Virus record (IMG/VR): IMGVR_UViG_3300001346_000011
Span: 1-64,000 of that record
Length of the DNA: 64,000 nt
Strand: one strand, 5' to 3'
DNA from: an uncultured virus (IMG/VR IMGVR_UViG_3300001346_000011)
Taxonomy: Duplodnaviria; Heunggongvirae; Uroviricota; Caudoviricetes; Kyanoviridae
Positions within the stretch are counted from its first letter, which is position 1, and every line of letters begins with the position of its first letter. A model generated the notes under the pieces. The model ran no database searches. It was given only the letters and a program-made list of their open reading frames with translations, and was not told the origin of the DNA. Shown one piece after another: positions 48,239-58,837 of this stretch. The position numbers and the translations under genes were made by a program.

Positions 48239-48571
48239 TTATGTTATCTCCACGTAACTCAACACACAATCTAATGAGTCGTTGATGTTTGATTTTACAT
48301 TTAAACTGTTTTGACTTGCCACAATTAATTTTTCTCCTGAGTTCAACACACGTAAACTAGAGTTTGGTGCAATTAAAACATCTTTTACAATAAATCCTGT
48401 AACTGAATCTGGAGTTGCTGTCAATGTTACACTGGCTTCTACAACTGATTCTGTCAAGTTTGCTAAAACCATTCCAATGATTGTTGTGTATGATCCTGGT
48501 GCCGCTTCGTACACAGCCGTTGTTACAGTTCCTACACTTTTTGTTACAGAGTTTCTAAAATTTGTTGCCAT
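48239..48571 (-). CDS. Small structural protein (110 aa)
   Basis: MATNFRN..., GEKLIV, D.VLSYVEIT; family shared with 35169..35489 and 57454..57780. Confidence 0.78.
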   Translation of the reverse strand: MATNFRNSVTKSVGTVTTAVYEAAPGSYTTIIGMVLANLTESVVEASVTLTATPDSVTGFIVKDVLIAPNSSLRVLNSGEKLIVASQNSLNVKSNINDSLDCVLSYVEIT

Positions 48572-48578
48572 ATTTTTC

Positions 48579-51500
48579 CTATCCTAATGCCAGTGCGTAT
48601 TCCACTGCTATTTCTGTTGCGTCAATAATACTTACAGCACCTGATGAACCTGCGATTGAACCCCAAGCATTACCATCATACAGTTCAACACGTTGATCTG
48701 CGGTGTTGTAACGTATCATACCTAATATAGGCGTAATCGGTCTGTTTGCTGTTGTTCCAACCGGAAGTACAAACCCACCAGAATCTGACACATCAATATA
48801 TCCCGTTCCAGTTGTTTTTAATACAAACGGACTAGATATAATATTAGTTATCGCATTTCCTTCAAACTTGAAGTCTTCAATTCTGATACTACCGTTTCCT
48901 TGAGCATTCAGGATCAAATCTTGGTCAGTTCCTGTGGTTGTGACTGTATTTCCACTGATTGTAATGTCATCCACCTGTAAAGATGTGACATCAAACCTTG
49001 TTGCATTTACATTTGCTACCAAAGTATTGCCAGCATAAAATCTAATTGTGTCATCATCTGCACCAGGTGTGGCTTCAGCAGTGATGTAGGTGTCTTTGTC
49101 TAAATCATACACACCAGACAATGCCAACCAATTTGTTCCGTTGTATCCTTCAAACACTGAATCATCAGTGTTGTATCTCATCATACCTGCTGATGCAGAA
49201 CCTGGTCTCTGAGCAGTTGTACCTGTTGGAATTCTAACAGATCCAGTACCGTCAACTCTGAACACACCTGAAGCAGGATTAATTGTGAAGTCTCCTGAAT
49301 CGTTTGTTATTGTATCTCCTGACACTGTGAAATTTTCAACTCTTACTCCACCAGTTCCATTTGATCTTAAATCTAAATCAGCATTTGTATTATTACTTTG
49401 AATTAAATTTCCTTTAATGTTTACACTGTCTATCTGTGCTTCATTGGCAAATATTGTGTTCCATCTTTTTGTAGATGAACCGACATTGTAAGTATTGTCT
49501 AGTGCAGGAATAATATCAGAACCAATACCTGCTGTAATATTAATTGAATCTGTTGTTTCGTCACCTATTGTAACATTTCCACCTATTGTGATATCTCCTG
49601 TAATATCTAAATTTCCAGTAATGTTTACATCGTCAACAAAATTAATTTGATTATTAAATGAATCAATGTTCAAATCTCCTGATGTTGTTGTAATATTATT
49701 TCCAGATATTTGAACATTTCCTGTTTCAATTTTATCTCCTGATATAACTGTAACGTTAGGTCCTGATGTAAATGTTAATGCTTGATCAACATCTATATTA
49801 AGTGACGCTGATGTAAACGCAACTTGTCCTGTTTCTTGATTAACATAAAATTGATCACCAACTCTAAAATCACCTTTATGGTCAACTGATGAATAATAAA
49901 TTTTTGCATTATTATTTGTAACAACTTCGTTGGCTTGAACCACTGTTGTTGCATCGTTATCGACTTCGTAATCGTTTCCAATGTAAGCAAAGTTGTGTGA
50001 AATCAAATACATTTTTACACCAACACCGTCACCCACAGCACCAAATGTTCCGTAGATAGATGCAGATGCAATTGATCTTACTTCTGCTCCAAAGTCTGTG
50101 TAATCAACTAGAGTAAAGTTTGTTGCTGTTGCTCCTGCTGATGTTCTAATGTCTTGAATTGGTATGTTAGTATCTAAAAATGAAGTTGATAAATTTGGTC
50201 CATTAAATCTGCCTACTAATACTGTGTTTGGATTTCCAATTGCTTCTGTTGTTGGTGGAGTAAAGTTTCCTGAACGTATTGCTGAACCTTTATAAATTAT
50301 AAAGTCGTCCATGTTTCCAATAAATCCATTATTGGCATCATAGTTGTTACCCATCACCAATGGTTTTGCCGCACCTAAATCATTTGCAACTGTTGCCGAT
50401 CCAACATTTTGTCCTGCAACATACATCGTTACAGTGTTACTGCTTCTTACCAACGAGAAGTGAGTCCAAGCATTCAAGTTAAATCCTTGACTACCAATGA
50501 TTACATTTGCTCCGTTAACATAAAGTTTAGGACCATTGTTTGTCATGTACAGCATTAAAGAATATTCTATTGATGCGTTGTTTCTAAAATCAAATAATGT
50601 CGTTGATTGTAATTGTGTTGGGTATGCCCAAAATTCTATTGTAAAATCTCCAGTGCCAAATCCAAAGTCTGCTGTTGTTGAAATAGATGCACTGTCTCCA
50701 ACACCATCTAAGAGTAAACTGGATTGTCCAAATTTTTTCAATGATGTTGATAATTTTGCATCACCGTTGGCAGTGATTTGTTTGCCTGTTGTTTCTGGTG
50801 GCATTGCAAATCCTGTTGATTTCCCATCAATTATAATTTTATCTCCATCTACAGATTCAACTGTGCCTGATGCCAATAGAGTTACATTGTCTGTGTCGTA
50901 GTATGATACAACGTGTCCTGCTTGGATTGCCGTACCCAATAAACCTGAAACTTTTAATTGTGTTTTACCATCTTCAGCCAAACCAGTTGTGCCGTCAACA
51001 GCATAGATACTTCTTGCCGCAAAATATGTAAATGAGTTTAACCATTCTATTCTTACACCATTTGTAAGTGTGACTGCATCAACACCTGGAGTAATAAATG
51101 TTGCATTTTGAAACAAACAACTTGCTTCATTGGATGCAGGAGTTGCCACTGAACCATCTAACAATGCACCTTTTCCAGCATCAGCAGATCCAAATCCTCT
51201 AGGATCTTGTGCTGTTGTCACTGTTCCTTGTGTAATGACAGTTACGTTTCTTATGTAAGGTGATCTTGATGTAACTTGAAATCCAGTTGAATCATCTGCA
51301 CCTGTTGGATTAAATCTAAATGCGTGTCCTGTGTTGGCAACAGCATTGTAATAGAATCCAGTGATTGTCATATCTTCAACAGTGGTTTCACCGTTCAATA
51401 TAAAAGCGTCATTGCTGTTTGTAAGAACACTTGGTTGTACCTTTACTGCTCTAATACCATCACCTCTTATACTAACTCCAGTTGGAATTGTTAAAGGAAA

Positions 51501-52310
51501 ATCTTCTGTGTATGTGCCTGGATAAATGTAAACATGATCTCCAGCAATAGCCACTGATAATGCTTGTTCAATTGTAGCATATGGATCATTTTGGTGAGTT
51601 CCTGATTTAGAGTCATCACCGTTGGTTGCTACGTATATTACTTTACCTGGACGTGCTGTTAAGTTTAGTCCTTGTACAGTGATGTTTCCTGATAGTGCCA
51701 GGTTGTCCACTGTTAAATTGTTGGCATATGCTTCATTCCAACGTTTTGCCGCAGTTCCTAAATTGTATGTGTCACTGGCATCAGGTATTATGTTTGATGT
51801 GATGTCAGCATTGATTGTGATTGAATCTGTGTCATTATCACCAATAGTGATGTTACCATCTGCTCTAATGTTTCCTGTTGCGTGAATATTTCCTTGTACT
51901 TCTGTGTTACCTATAATATCTACAACACCTGTTCCGCTGGTTATAATCTCAAAGTTTTGGTTGGTATCAGTTGCTCTGATAGTGTTGTTAGTGATCACAA
52001 GATCATCTACATGAATTTCATTGTTGTACACAATGCCGTCTACGGCTGAAAAATTTAATTGTGATGATGTGGTTGAAATTGTGTTGCCAGTTACTGTGAT
52101 ATTGCCTACGTCTACTTGTCCAGTAACTTCTGCATTTGTTGTACGTGCTGTTCCGTTTATATCTAGCGGATATTGAGGAGTGCTGGTCTTAACACCAATC
52201 CTGTTGTTATTAACATCAATGTATAACAAGTTAGTCTCAAAAGCCAAATCTGCTCCATTACGCAGAAGATTGGACTTCAAGAGCTGACCTGATATTCGAC
52301 CTACAGCCAT
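48579..52310 (-). CDS. Tail fibre-like protein with LamG/ConA-like domain (1243 aa)
   Basis: GRISG.LLK.NL.R N-terminus, beta-helix core, GTGDFTIEFW...WTHFSLVR...GNMDDF LamG pattern, P.GTTA.RP...G..RYNT repeats. Confidence 0.85.
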   Translation of the reverse strand: MAVGRISGQLLKSNLLRNGADLAFETNLLYIDVNNNRIGVKTSTPQYPLDINGTARTTNAEVTGQVDVGNITVTGNTISTTSSQLNFSAVDGIVYNNEIHVDDLVITNNTIRATDTNQNFEIITSGTGVVDIIGNTEVQGNIHATGNIRADGNITIGDNDTDSITINADITSNIIPDASDTYNLGTAAKRWNEAYANNLTVDNLALSGNITVQGLNLTARPGKVIYVATNGDDSKSGTHQNDPYATIEQALSVAIAGDHVYIYPGTYTEDFPLTIPTGVSIRGDGIRAVKVQPSVLTNSNDAFILNGETTVEDMTITGFYYNAVANTGHAFRFNPTGADDSTGFQVTSRSPYIRNVTVITQGTVTTAQDPRGFGSADAGKGALLDGSVATPASNEASCLFQNATFITPGVDAVTLTNGVRIEWLNSFTYFAARSIYAVDGTTGLAEDGKTQLKVSGLLGTAIQAGHVVSYYDTDNVTLLASGTVESVDGDKIIIDGKSTGFAMPPETTGKQITANGDAKLSTSLKKFGQSSLLLDGVGDSASISTTADFGFGTGDFTIEFWAYPTQLQSTTLFDFRNNASIEYSLMLYMTNNGPKLYVNGANVIIGSQGFNLNAWTHFSLVRSSNTVTMYVAGQNVGSATVANDLGAAKPLVMGNNYDANNGFIGNMDDFIIYKGSAIRSGNFTPPTTEAIGNPNTVLVGRFNGPNLSTSFLDTNIPIQDIRTSAGATATNFTLVDYTDFGAEVRSIASASIYGTFGAVGDGVGVKMYLISHNFAYIGNDYEVDNDATTVVQANEVVTNNNAKIYYSSVDHKGDFRVGDQFYVNQETGQVAFTSASLNIDVDQALTFTSGPNVTVISGDKIETGNVQISGNNITTTSGDLNIDSFNNQINFVDDVNITGNLDITGDITIGGNVTIGDETTDSINITAGIGSDIIPALDNTYNVGSSTKRWNTIFANEAQIDSVNIKGNLIQSNNTNADLDLRSNGTGGVRVENFTVSGDTITNDSGDFTINPASGVFRVDGTGSVRIPTGTTAQRPGSASAGMMRYNTDDSVFEGYNGTNWLALSGVYDLDKDTYITAEATPGADDDTIRFYAGNTLVANVNATRFDVTSLQVDDITISGNTVTTTGTDQDLILNAQGNGSIRIEDFKFEGNAITNIISSPFVLKTTGTGYIDVSDSGGFVLPVGTTANRPITPILGMIRYNTADQRVELYDGNAWGSIAGSSGAVSIIDATEIAVEYALALG

Positions 52311-52321
52311 TGTTTTTGCTC

Positions 52322-52446
52322 CTTTATAGCACGGGGATCTTGTCCCACCAACCTGATTTTCACCTTACATTATTCATAAGTTCTTCGTCGGTTGACCACG
52401 GTTTGTCCTGCTGAATCTGGTCAGATTCTGCATTAGTATTATTTAT
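52322..52446 (-). ncRNA. Candidate structured 5' leader RNA of the 1243-aa gene
   Basis: GC-richer non-coding stretch between a late promoter (52440-52446) and RBS; stems GAATCT/AGATTC, CAACC/GGTTG, CTTAT/GTAAG, GGGA/TCCC. Confidence 0.5.
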
Positions 52447-52484
52447 CGGTCTTTTGGTATTATATTGTACAAGGTTAATTTATA

Positions 52485-55400
52485 CTAGTTTAATATGAGG
52501 TTGTAAACCACATTGAGTTCAGCCGCAATTTCGTCTGTAACTGTGACAGATTGCACACCAATTGAAGAAACCCAACCATCCACTGCTCCAGCATACACTT
52601 CTAAAAGACCACTGTCTGAGTTCCACCATATTGCTCCTAGTCTAGCAGTTATGGCATCACGTTGTACAGTTGTTCCAAATGGTCCTATATATCCGTTGGT
52701 TGAATCAAATGATATTGTTCTATTTTGTTTTAACCCTGTTCCTGTGAATGTGATATCTTGGTTGACTAATTTGTTCTCAATAGTTGCCCCAGAAATTTCA
52801 AGATTAGCAGTGTCTAGCACCACTTTACCAGTTCCGTTTGCTGTGAAACCTGCTTGAGGATTTGAGGCACTGCCCACACCTATCGTGTTGCCATTAATAG
52901 CAACCTGATCTTGACTAGAAAAACTAGGCACAATTAAGTTACCTGCACCGTCTATTTCACCAGCATATCCATTGGCTGTGTAAAAAGTAAATTTGTTACT
53001 GCTTAAATCAATATTAGTGTCTCGGTCACCATCTTTTATTCCATTCAGTGCTATTTTACCTGTTGAAAATAATTCAAATTCATTTATACTTGAATCAAAC
53101 CTTACAGCATTTCCTTGATTAGGATTTTGTGCTGAGGTTCCTGATGGTAGAGATAGATGACTTGTGGAGTTAATTATTGTGTTGGTTGTTCCTCCACTAA
53201 ATGCAACATCTCCTGATGCAGATGTTATATTTGTTTTGAATCCAACAGTGCCTAAATTAACTTTACCTATACCACTTGCTCTCAATTCTAATTGTGAATT
53301 TGTGTCTGTGGTTTGAATAGTATTATTGTGAATATCAATATTGTCTAAAGTTATTCTTGATGAATTTGTTTCTTTCCAATTTTTTGTTGCACTACCTATA
53401 TTGCTTTGAGTATCTTGACTTGGTAGTAAATCTTGTTCAAAATCCATTGCAAAATTTACAGTGTCTCCAGCATCATTTCCAAAATTTAATCCTGATCCAC
53501 CTATTGTGGCATTTCCTGTGATATCAACTTTAGGCATTAAAACATTTGCAGTTAAATTTACAGCATTGGATGATCCAACAGCACCTATCGAGAAACTGTT
53601 GTTTAATGTTTGAATTGTGTTGTTAGAAATTCTAAAATTTGGTACATCTATTTTTGTAGCATCAACAAGAGTTTCTTTACCTTGTACACCAACTGTCAAT
53701 GTTGACGCACCTAATTCTCCATCATTCACTGCTATTGAAGTTGTACCTTTTCCTAAATCTACAATAAAATTATCGCCAACTCTAAAATCTCCGCCTTGGT
53801 CTTGACTTACAAAATGAACTCTTGCATTATTTGTTGTTACAACTTCATTTGTTTGATCAATAGTGTCTACATCATTTTCTACATTTTTTCCTGAACCAAC
53901 ATAAGCAAAGTTATGACTGATCAGATATGCTAAACTTCCATTACCATCTGCTACAACACCCTGATTACCATAGATTGTTGCACTTGCAATTACTCTTGCT
54001 TCGGTCATTGTGCCTTCTGTTACAGCATTTGCAGTTGCACTTTTAAATAGATGTGCTGTTACGTTGCTTGATATACCAACGTTACAAGTAATAGATGTAG
54101 CAGTTGTTTCTGTGATTGTAATTTTTTTACCTGAATAAGGATCTGATGGTCTTGGGTAAGTGTGATCTGTTGCATGACCATCCATAGCACACGTGAAAGT
54201 TAAACTGTTGTCTGCAATAGTAATTGTTTCGTTAACTCTTATTGCGTGGTTGCCGATAGTTAAAGTCATTACACCAGTTGCAGGATTATAACTTCCCGCT
54301 GTTGGAGTGTATTGATTTAATGTGTGTTGTAGATACAAACCTCTATTTGCAAAGTAAGTAAAGCAATTGATAAACTCTATTTTTGATCCGTTTTTAACTG
54401 TTACTGCATCTGCACCCGGAGTAATAAATGTAACCATATTGAATAACATTGATGTTCTTGGTGACGCTGTATCTAAAACATCGCTATCTACCAATGCGCC
54501 TCTACCTGCATCTCCTGAATCAAATCCTCTTGGGTCAGTTGCTGTTCGTGTGTCTCCTTGTGTTACCACTGAAACATTTTGTACGTATGGTGATTTTGTT
54601 ACAATGCCGGCATTGTCTGAAAATCTAAAACCGTAACCACGATCAGTGTTTGCATCGTAATGGAAATCTTTAACAGTTAAATCCGTTACAACTGATGCAT
54701 CATTCATTAAAAATGCATCTTGATATCTATTAGGCACATCTGGTTTGATTGTAACTGATCTGATGCCTGCACCTTTAACTGTGACATTTGCTGGTACTTC
54801 TAATGGAAATTGTTCTGTGTATGTGCCAGGTAAAATGTGTAGTTCATGTGGACCTGCTGTGCTTTCTTCAATGTATGACAATGCATGACGTATTGTTCCA
54901 AACGCAAAGTTAGGGTGATTACCTGCCAGTTGATCTGTACCATTTGTACTCACATACCATTTGTTTGCAATACCCAAGTTAACAGCAACACCTGATAAAG
55001 AAATTGTGTTATCGATTGTGATATCATTCAAACCTGTCATGGTTTGTACGTGCATATCTCCCCAACGTTGACCGTCGGAACCTATGTCATATGTGCTAGT
55101 AACATCTGGAATCAAATCAGATTCTATGTCACCATTGAAACTTAAAGTATCTTCTGGACCATCACCGCCTATAAAAATATTTCCATCAAAAGAAATATCT
55201 CCTGTGGCATGAATATTTCCTGTGGTGTTTAGGTCCGATGGAATTATTACTTTACCTGTTGTTGCTCCACCAACAGAAGTTGGAACATATCCCGATGCAC
55301 CTGCTAGACTTGGATCGTCTTGTGCTGGTGTGTTACCATCTTGGAATATGCTTCTAATTGTTGCAAGTGACGGTTTACTAATAACCGGAGCAATGTATGT

Positions 55401-56615
55401 GTTATGAAATGCATAACCTAACGGATTGTTTGTTTGAATGCCTGCTTGTGTACGCATATCGTCTGTCCATTCCGGAGCAAGACTTCCACCGTCCCATAAT
55501 TCTGTGTATTCAAACATAGCAAAGTTTAGTAGGAACAAATATTCTTTTGCGGCTACTTCAAATGCATCTGCATCTGTTTTCCAATCATCTGGATTTACTT
55601 GATAACCTGATGGATCCCACTTGCCGGCATCGTATGCTTCTTCCATTGCGGCATACAAATCACCTGTCTGCCAATCAGCGGCTAAGAACTGATATAGTTT
55701 TATATCATCTGCAGGTAAACCATGCATGTGTAGTGTGTGGAATACGTGTTCAATAACTTCTTGTGCGTCTATATCACCGTCGCCATAGCCGTCACCAGTT
55801 GAGTTTAAATACCACACCATATCATTTTGTACGTGAGTATCAAACAAGTTGGTTAGGTTCCAACTAATAACACCTGCGTCAGTTAAGAAGTTTGGAGTAT
55901 AATCTGCTCCTGCACCTCTGGCTACTCTTTGTATAGTTGGCTGGCCTGCGTGATAAGTTCCTGTGTCACCACTTAATGTTTTAATTAACGCTCTTTGATA
56001 TGATTGGTTAATGCCTGCACCAGTTGAGTCTGTAAACAATTCAAACATACGTGCTACTTTTTCTAACCACGCATCTGGAACTGCTGTTTGTCCACCTACT
56101 GTGCCAGCACCCATAACTCTTACACCATTAACAGTAACTTCGCGTTTAAAGAAATCGCTACCATCACCTGTGACATTAATGATTGTGCCATTGTTATATT
56201 CTGCATCTGCTACTCCACCGCCTGCACCAGGACCTGGTTCGATTCTGATATCTCCACCATTGTATGCTCTAATTCCACTGTTGGTGAATGCTAAATTTCC
56301 TGTACGCAATTCCGTCATTTGGAAATTTGTTGTCGCAACCATATTGATTGGACCAGTCAATGTGGAAAATGTGTCTGTTGGTCCGTCTATGTTGATGTTT
56401 CCAATTGAGGCTGAGTTTGTGGCAATTAAATTGCCTCTGTAAATTGCATCACCGGATACTAGAAATTCTCTTGTAGGAGCATCATTTTTGACACCTATTC
56501 TGTTGTTGATAACGTCAATGTACAATAGATTGGTTTCAAAAGCCAAATCTGATGTTCTCGTAAGATTTGCCTTCAATAATGGTCCCGATATTCTACCTAC
56601 ATTGGTTACTGCCAT
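52485..56615 (-). CDS. Tail fibre-like protein with ~320-aa inserted domain (1376 aa)
   Basis: Paralogue of 48579..52310 (GRISG.LLK.NL, GNIHATG.I, SPY..NV.V.TQG, TFITPG.DAVT, GDFRVGD.F). Confidence 0.85.
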   Translation of the reverse strand: MAVTNVGRISGPLLKANLTRTSDLAFETNLLYIDVINNRIGVKNDAPTREFLVSGDAIYRGNLIATNSASIGNINIDGPTDTFSTLTGPINMVATTNFQMTELRTGNLAFTNSGIRAYNGGDIRIEPGPGAGGGVADAEYNNGTIINVTGDGSDFFKREVTVNGVRVMGAGTVGGQTAVPDAWLEKVARMFELFTDSTGAGINQSYQRALIKTLSGDTGTYHAGQPTIQRVARGAGADYTPNFLTDAGVISWNLTNLFDTHVQNDMVWYLNSTGDGYGDGDIDAQEVIEHVFHTLHMHGLPADDIKLYQFLAADWQTGDLYAAMEEAYDAGKWDPSGYQVNPDDWKTDADAFEVAAKEYLFLLNFAMFEYTELWDGGSLAPEWTDDMRTQAGIQTNNPLGYAFHNTYIAPVISKPSLATIRSIFQDGNTPAQDDPSLAGASGYVPTSVGGATTGKVIIPSDLNTTGNIHATGDISFDGNIFIGGDGPEDTLSFNGDIESDLIPDVTSTYDIGSDGQRWGDMHVQTMTGLNDITIDNTISLSGVAVNLGIANKWYVSTNGTDQLAGNHPNFAFGTIRHALSYIEESTAGPHELHILPGTYTEQFPLEVPANVTVKGAGIRSVTIKPDVPNRYQDAFLMNDASVVTDLTVKDFHYDANTDRGYGFRFSDNAGIVTKSPYVQNVSVVTQGDTRTATDPRGFDSGDAGRGALVDSDVLDTASPRTSMLFNMVTFITPGADAVTVKNGSKIEFINCFTYFANRGLYLQHTLNQYTPTAGSYNPATGVMTLTIGNHAIRVNETITIADNSLTFTCAMDGHATDHTYPRPSDPYSGKKITITETTATSITCNVGISSNVTAHLFKSATANAVTEGTMTEARVIASATIYGNQGVVADGNGSLAYLISHNFAYVGSGKNVENDVDTIDQTNEVVTTNNARVHFVSQDQGGDFRVGDNFIVDLGKGTTSIAVNDGELGASTLTVGVQGKETLVDATKIDVPNFRISNNTIQTLNNSFSIGAVGSSNAVNLTANVLMPKVDITGNATIGGSGLNFGNDAGDTVNFAMDFEQDLLPSQDTQSNIGSATKNWKETNSSRITLDNIDIHNNTIQTTDTNSQLELRASGIGKVNLGTVGFKTNITSASGDVAFSGGTTNTIINSTSHLSLPSGTSAQNPNQGNAVRFDSSINEFELFSTGKIALNGIKDGDRDTNIDLSSNKFTFYTANGYAGEIDGAGNLIVPSFSSQDQVAINGNTIGVGSASNPQAGFTANGTGKVVLDTANLEISGATIENKLVNQDITFTGTGLKQNRTISFDSTNGYIGPFGTTVQRDAITARLGAIWWNSDSGLLEVYAGAVDGWVSSIGVQSVTVTDEIAAELNVVYNLILN

Positions 56616-56656
56616 GTGACTCCTTTTTTAGTATTTATTGATTTTTGGTAAAGGAA

Positions 56657-57454
56657 TTATTTGTCAAAGTTGTGTAAAACAGTGACTGGTTTTCCTGTAG
56701 GAACTGCTGTTCCAAATGTTATGTACTGACCTGATGGATACGATGCGTTTGTGATTGAACTTTTTCCATCCACATTGAATGTGTTTCCACCAACTGAATT
56801 GGCTTCTGTAAACAACAATTGATCAACACTTAAATGACTTGGTGTTACTGCTGTTACTGTGTATGTTCCGTTGTTGGTTTGTGAACCTGTAACAACAATT
56901 TCTTGTCCAATATGATAACCTTTTGATTGCCAATCAATCAATGCCGCATTAGCACTTACAAAAGCACCAACACCTGTTGAATTGTAATCTCTCACTGCAC
57001 TTATGATGTTGCTGTTCACATCACATGGATTTTGTGTCAATGTGTAGTTGGTGTTTGGAATCTGTAAAACATTTTCCACCATCACTAAAATATTTTCTGG
57101 TGCTTGTGGATATCCTAATCCTGATCCAAATCCATCGTCAAGCAATCCAAAATTAACTTCTGTGTCATCACCATTACTTAAATTTTGTATCACAATATTT
57201 TGTGGCTCAGATAATCTAAACTGTTTCCATACTGGAGCACCGCCGCCTAATGATTCATAAACTTCAAGTTGTCTCAATGTTGTGTTGAATCTTAATTGTC
57301 CTTCAATTGGTGCAACAGGACGTTCTGCTTGAGTTCCTTTAGGAACTAAAAATGCACCTGTTGAAGATGCTTCAATTGTTTCGTACTGAGTGTATATTAA
57401 ACCTTTACCGTTTAATAATCTTTTATTAGTGGATTGACGTTTTAGATATCTCAT
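56657..57454 (-). CDS. Virion structural protein (265 aa)
   Basis: VPKGTQAERP...GQLRFNT, ILVMVENVLQIP..NYT, TVLHNFD. Confidence 0.78.
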   Translation of the reverse strand: MRYLKRQSTNKRLLNGKGLIYTQYETIEASSTGAFLVPKGTQAERPVAPIEGQLRFNTTLRQLEVYESLGGGAPVWKQFRLSEPQNIVIQNLSNGDDTEVNFGLLDDGFGSGLGYPQAPENILVMVENVLQIPNTNYTLTQNPCDVNSNIISAVRDYNSTGVGAFVSANAALIDWQSKGYHIGQEIVVTGSQTNNGTYTVTAVTPSHLSVDQLLFTEANSVGGNTFNVDGKSSITNASYPSGQYITFGTAVPTGKPVTVLHNFDK

Positions 57455-57780
57455 TACACCTCCAAGTAACTGACCACAACTGATAAGTTGTTAGCACCTG
57501 ATTGAGCAACTTTAATAACGTCACCAGCACCCAACACTATTTTTTCTGAATCTAGTGTGAATGTTTCTGCTCCTGGTAGTAATGCGTTGTTCACTATCAT
57601 TGATTGGTTTGCAACGTAGGCTCCAGTTACAGCATACAGAGTAAAGTTACTGTCTTCACCTCCTGTAGCATCTTCTGGACCAACATTTGTGATCAATATA
57701 GATGTAACAGCATAACTTTTACCTGCAGGTACTGTGAGAACATCTTGTGTTCCATTTACGTTTGCGTTTGTTATTGCCAT
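57454..57780 (-). CDS. Small structural protein (108 aa)
   Basis: EKIVL..GD.I, VVSYLEV; same family as the other two small genes. Confidence 0.78.
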   Translation of the reverse strand: MAITNANVNGTQDVLTVPAGKSYAVTSILITNVGPEDATGGEDSNFTLYAVTGAYVANQSMIVNNALLPGAETFTLDSEKIVLGAGDVIKVAQSGANNLSVVVSYLEV

Positions 57781-57790
57781 TGTTTCTCCT

Positions 57791-58822
57791 TTAAAAAATT
57801 AATCCAAAAAGTAGTGCTCTGTTCTTGCTGATCACTTCTCCTCTTGTGTCATTAGTATTTACAAAATATAATCCTGTATCTCCACCAGATGGTGTTTTTG
57901 CATACAATTTAACGCCATTGGCGTCATACAACGGGTCTATTGCTGAATCTTGCACACTTGGTCTGTTGCCAATCACAAATGAATCATTTGCCCTTACTGA
58001 CCCCGTTCCCGGTGCAACCAGCTCTAAATCTTCATTTGAATTAAGACTGCTGATGGTGTCACCTTCGATTCTTATGCTACCAATATCTGTGGTTTGTTGA
58101 TACAATTCTAATCTAGTTGGTTCCCATAATCCTAATAAATTGTTATCAATTTTGATTTCAATTTTTGATGTGTTGCCTGATGAACTGTTGTCTGTGATTT
58201 TAACTTCTGTGTCACCGTCTACAATTCTAGGAAATGCCGCGCCAATCACAACTGCGTTGATTTCGTCATCAACATATTTTTTATTTGGAATATCATTGTC
58301 ATCATTCATTCTAGTGATGTATGTTGCAGGAGCGATACTTGAACCCAATCTCAATGTGCCTGTTCCGCCTGGCTCAAAATAAATTGCATTGTTGTTGTTG
58401 ATGTTGGACACTCTCAATGCCATTATGTCATTGCCGTCTGATGAAGAAACTTTGAAAGATCCGTAACCTGGACCTTGAGGTCCGCCTGCACTTGGACCTT
58501 GTGAAATTGTTTGTGTGCTTGGATTGTTCCAAGCAATTGATTCATCGTAAACCATATGAACATCATTTTGTGTTCCTCTGTCTACTTCAATACCTGCTTG
58601 ATAATTATTGACTGCATTAACACCACTGCCTGCTTCTCCCGAATTAAGTGTGATAATATTGTCTGTGATTGTGGTCACAGTTGATTCAACTGTGGTCATA
58701 GTACCTTGTACTGTTAAATTACCTTTAACTAAAGTTGCCGACGAATCTAATTCGATTATGTTCGTGGCATCTGCTACTTTAATTTTGTAATTACCTGTTT
58801 CTAAATAAACTGTTTTTGCCAT
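57791..58822 (-). CDS. Virion structural protein (343 aa)
   Basis: GNLTVQG..TTV.S....I.DN.I.LN.GE, AGIEVDRG, NKKYVD fibre-type motifs. Confidence 0.78.
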   Translation of the reverse strand: MAKTVYLETGNYKIKVADATNIIELDSSATLVKGNLTVQGTMTTVESTVTTITDNIITLNSGEAGSGVNAVNNYQAGIEVDRGTQNDVHMVYDESIAWNNPSTQTISQGPSAGGPQGPGYGSFKVSSSDGNDIMALRVSNINNNNAIYFEPGGTGTLRLGSSIAPATYITRMNDDNDIPNKKYVDDEINAVVIGAAFPRIVDGDTEVKITDNSSSGNTSKIEIKIDNNLLGLWEPTRLELYQQTTDIGSIRIEGDTISSLNSNEDLELVAPGTGSVRANDSFVIGNRPSVQDSAIDPLYDANGVKLYAKTPSGGDTGLYFVNTNDTRGEVISKNRALLFGLIF

Positions 58823-58837
58823 AGTTTTTTATAATTC

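Noticed and set aside
52380..52415. Resemblance of CAGGACAAACC to the c-di-GMP-I riboswitch start
   Set aside because: The GNRA-capped P2 and the rest of the consensus are not evident; too little to name the family.
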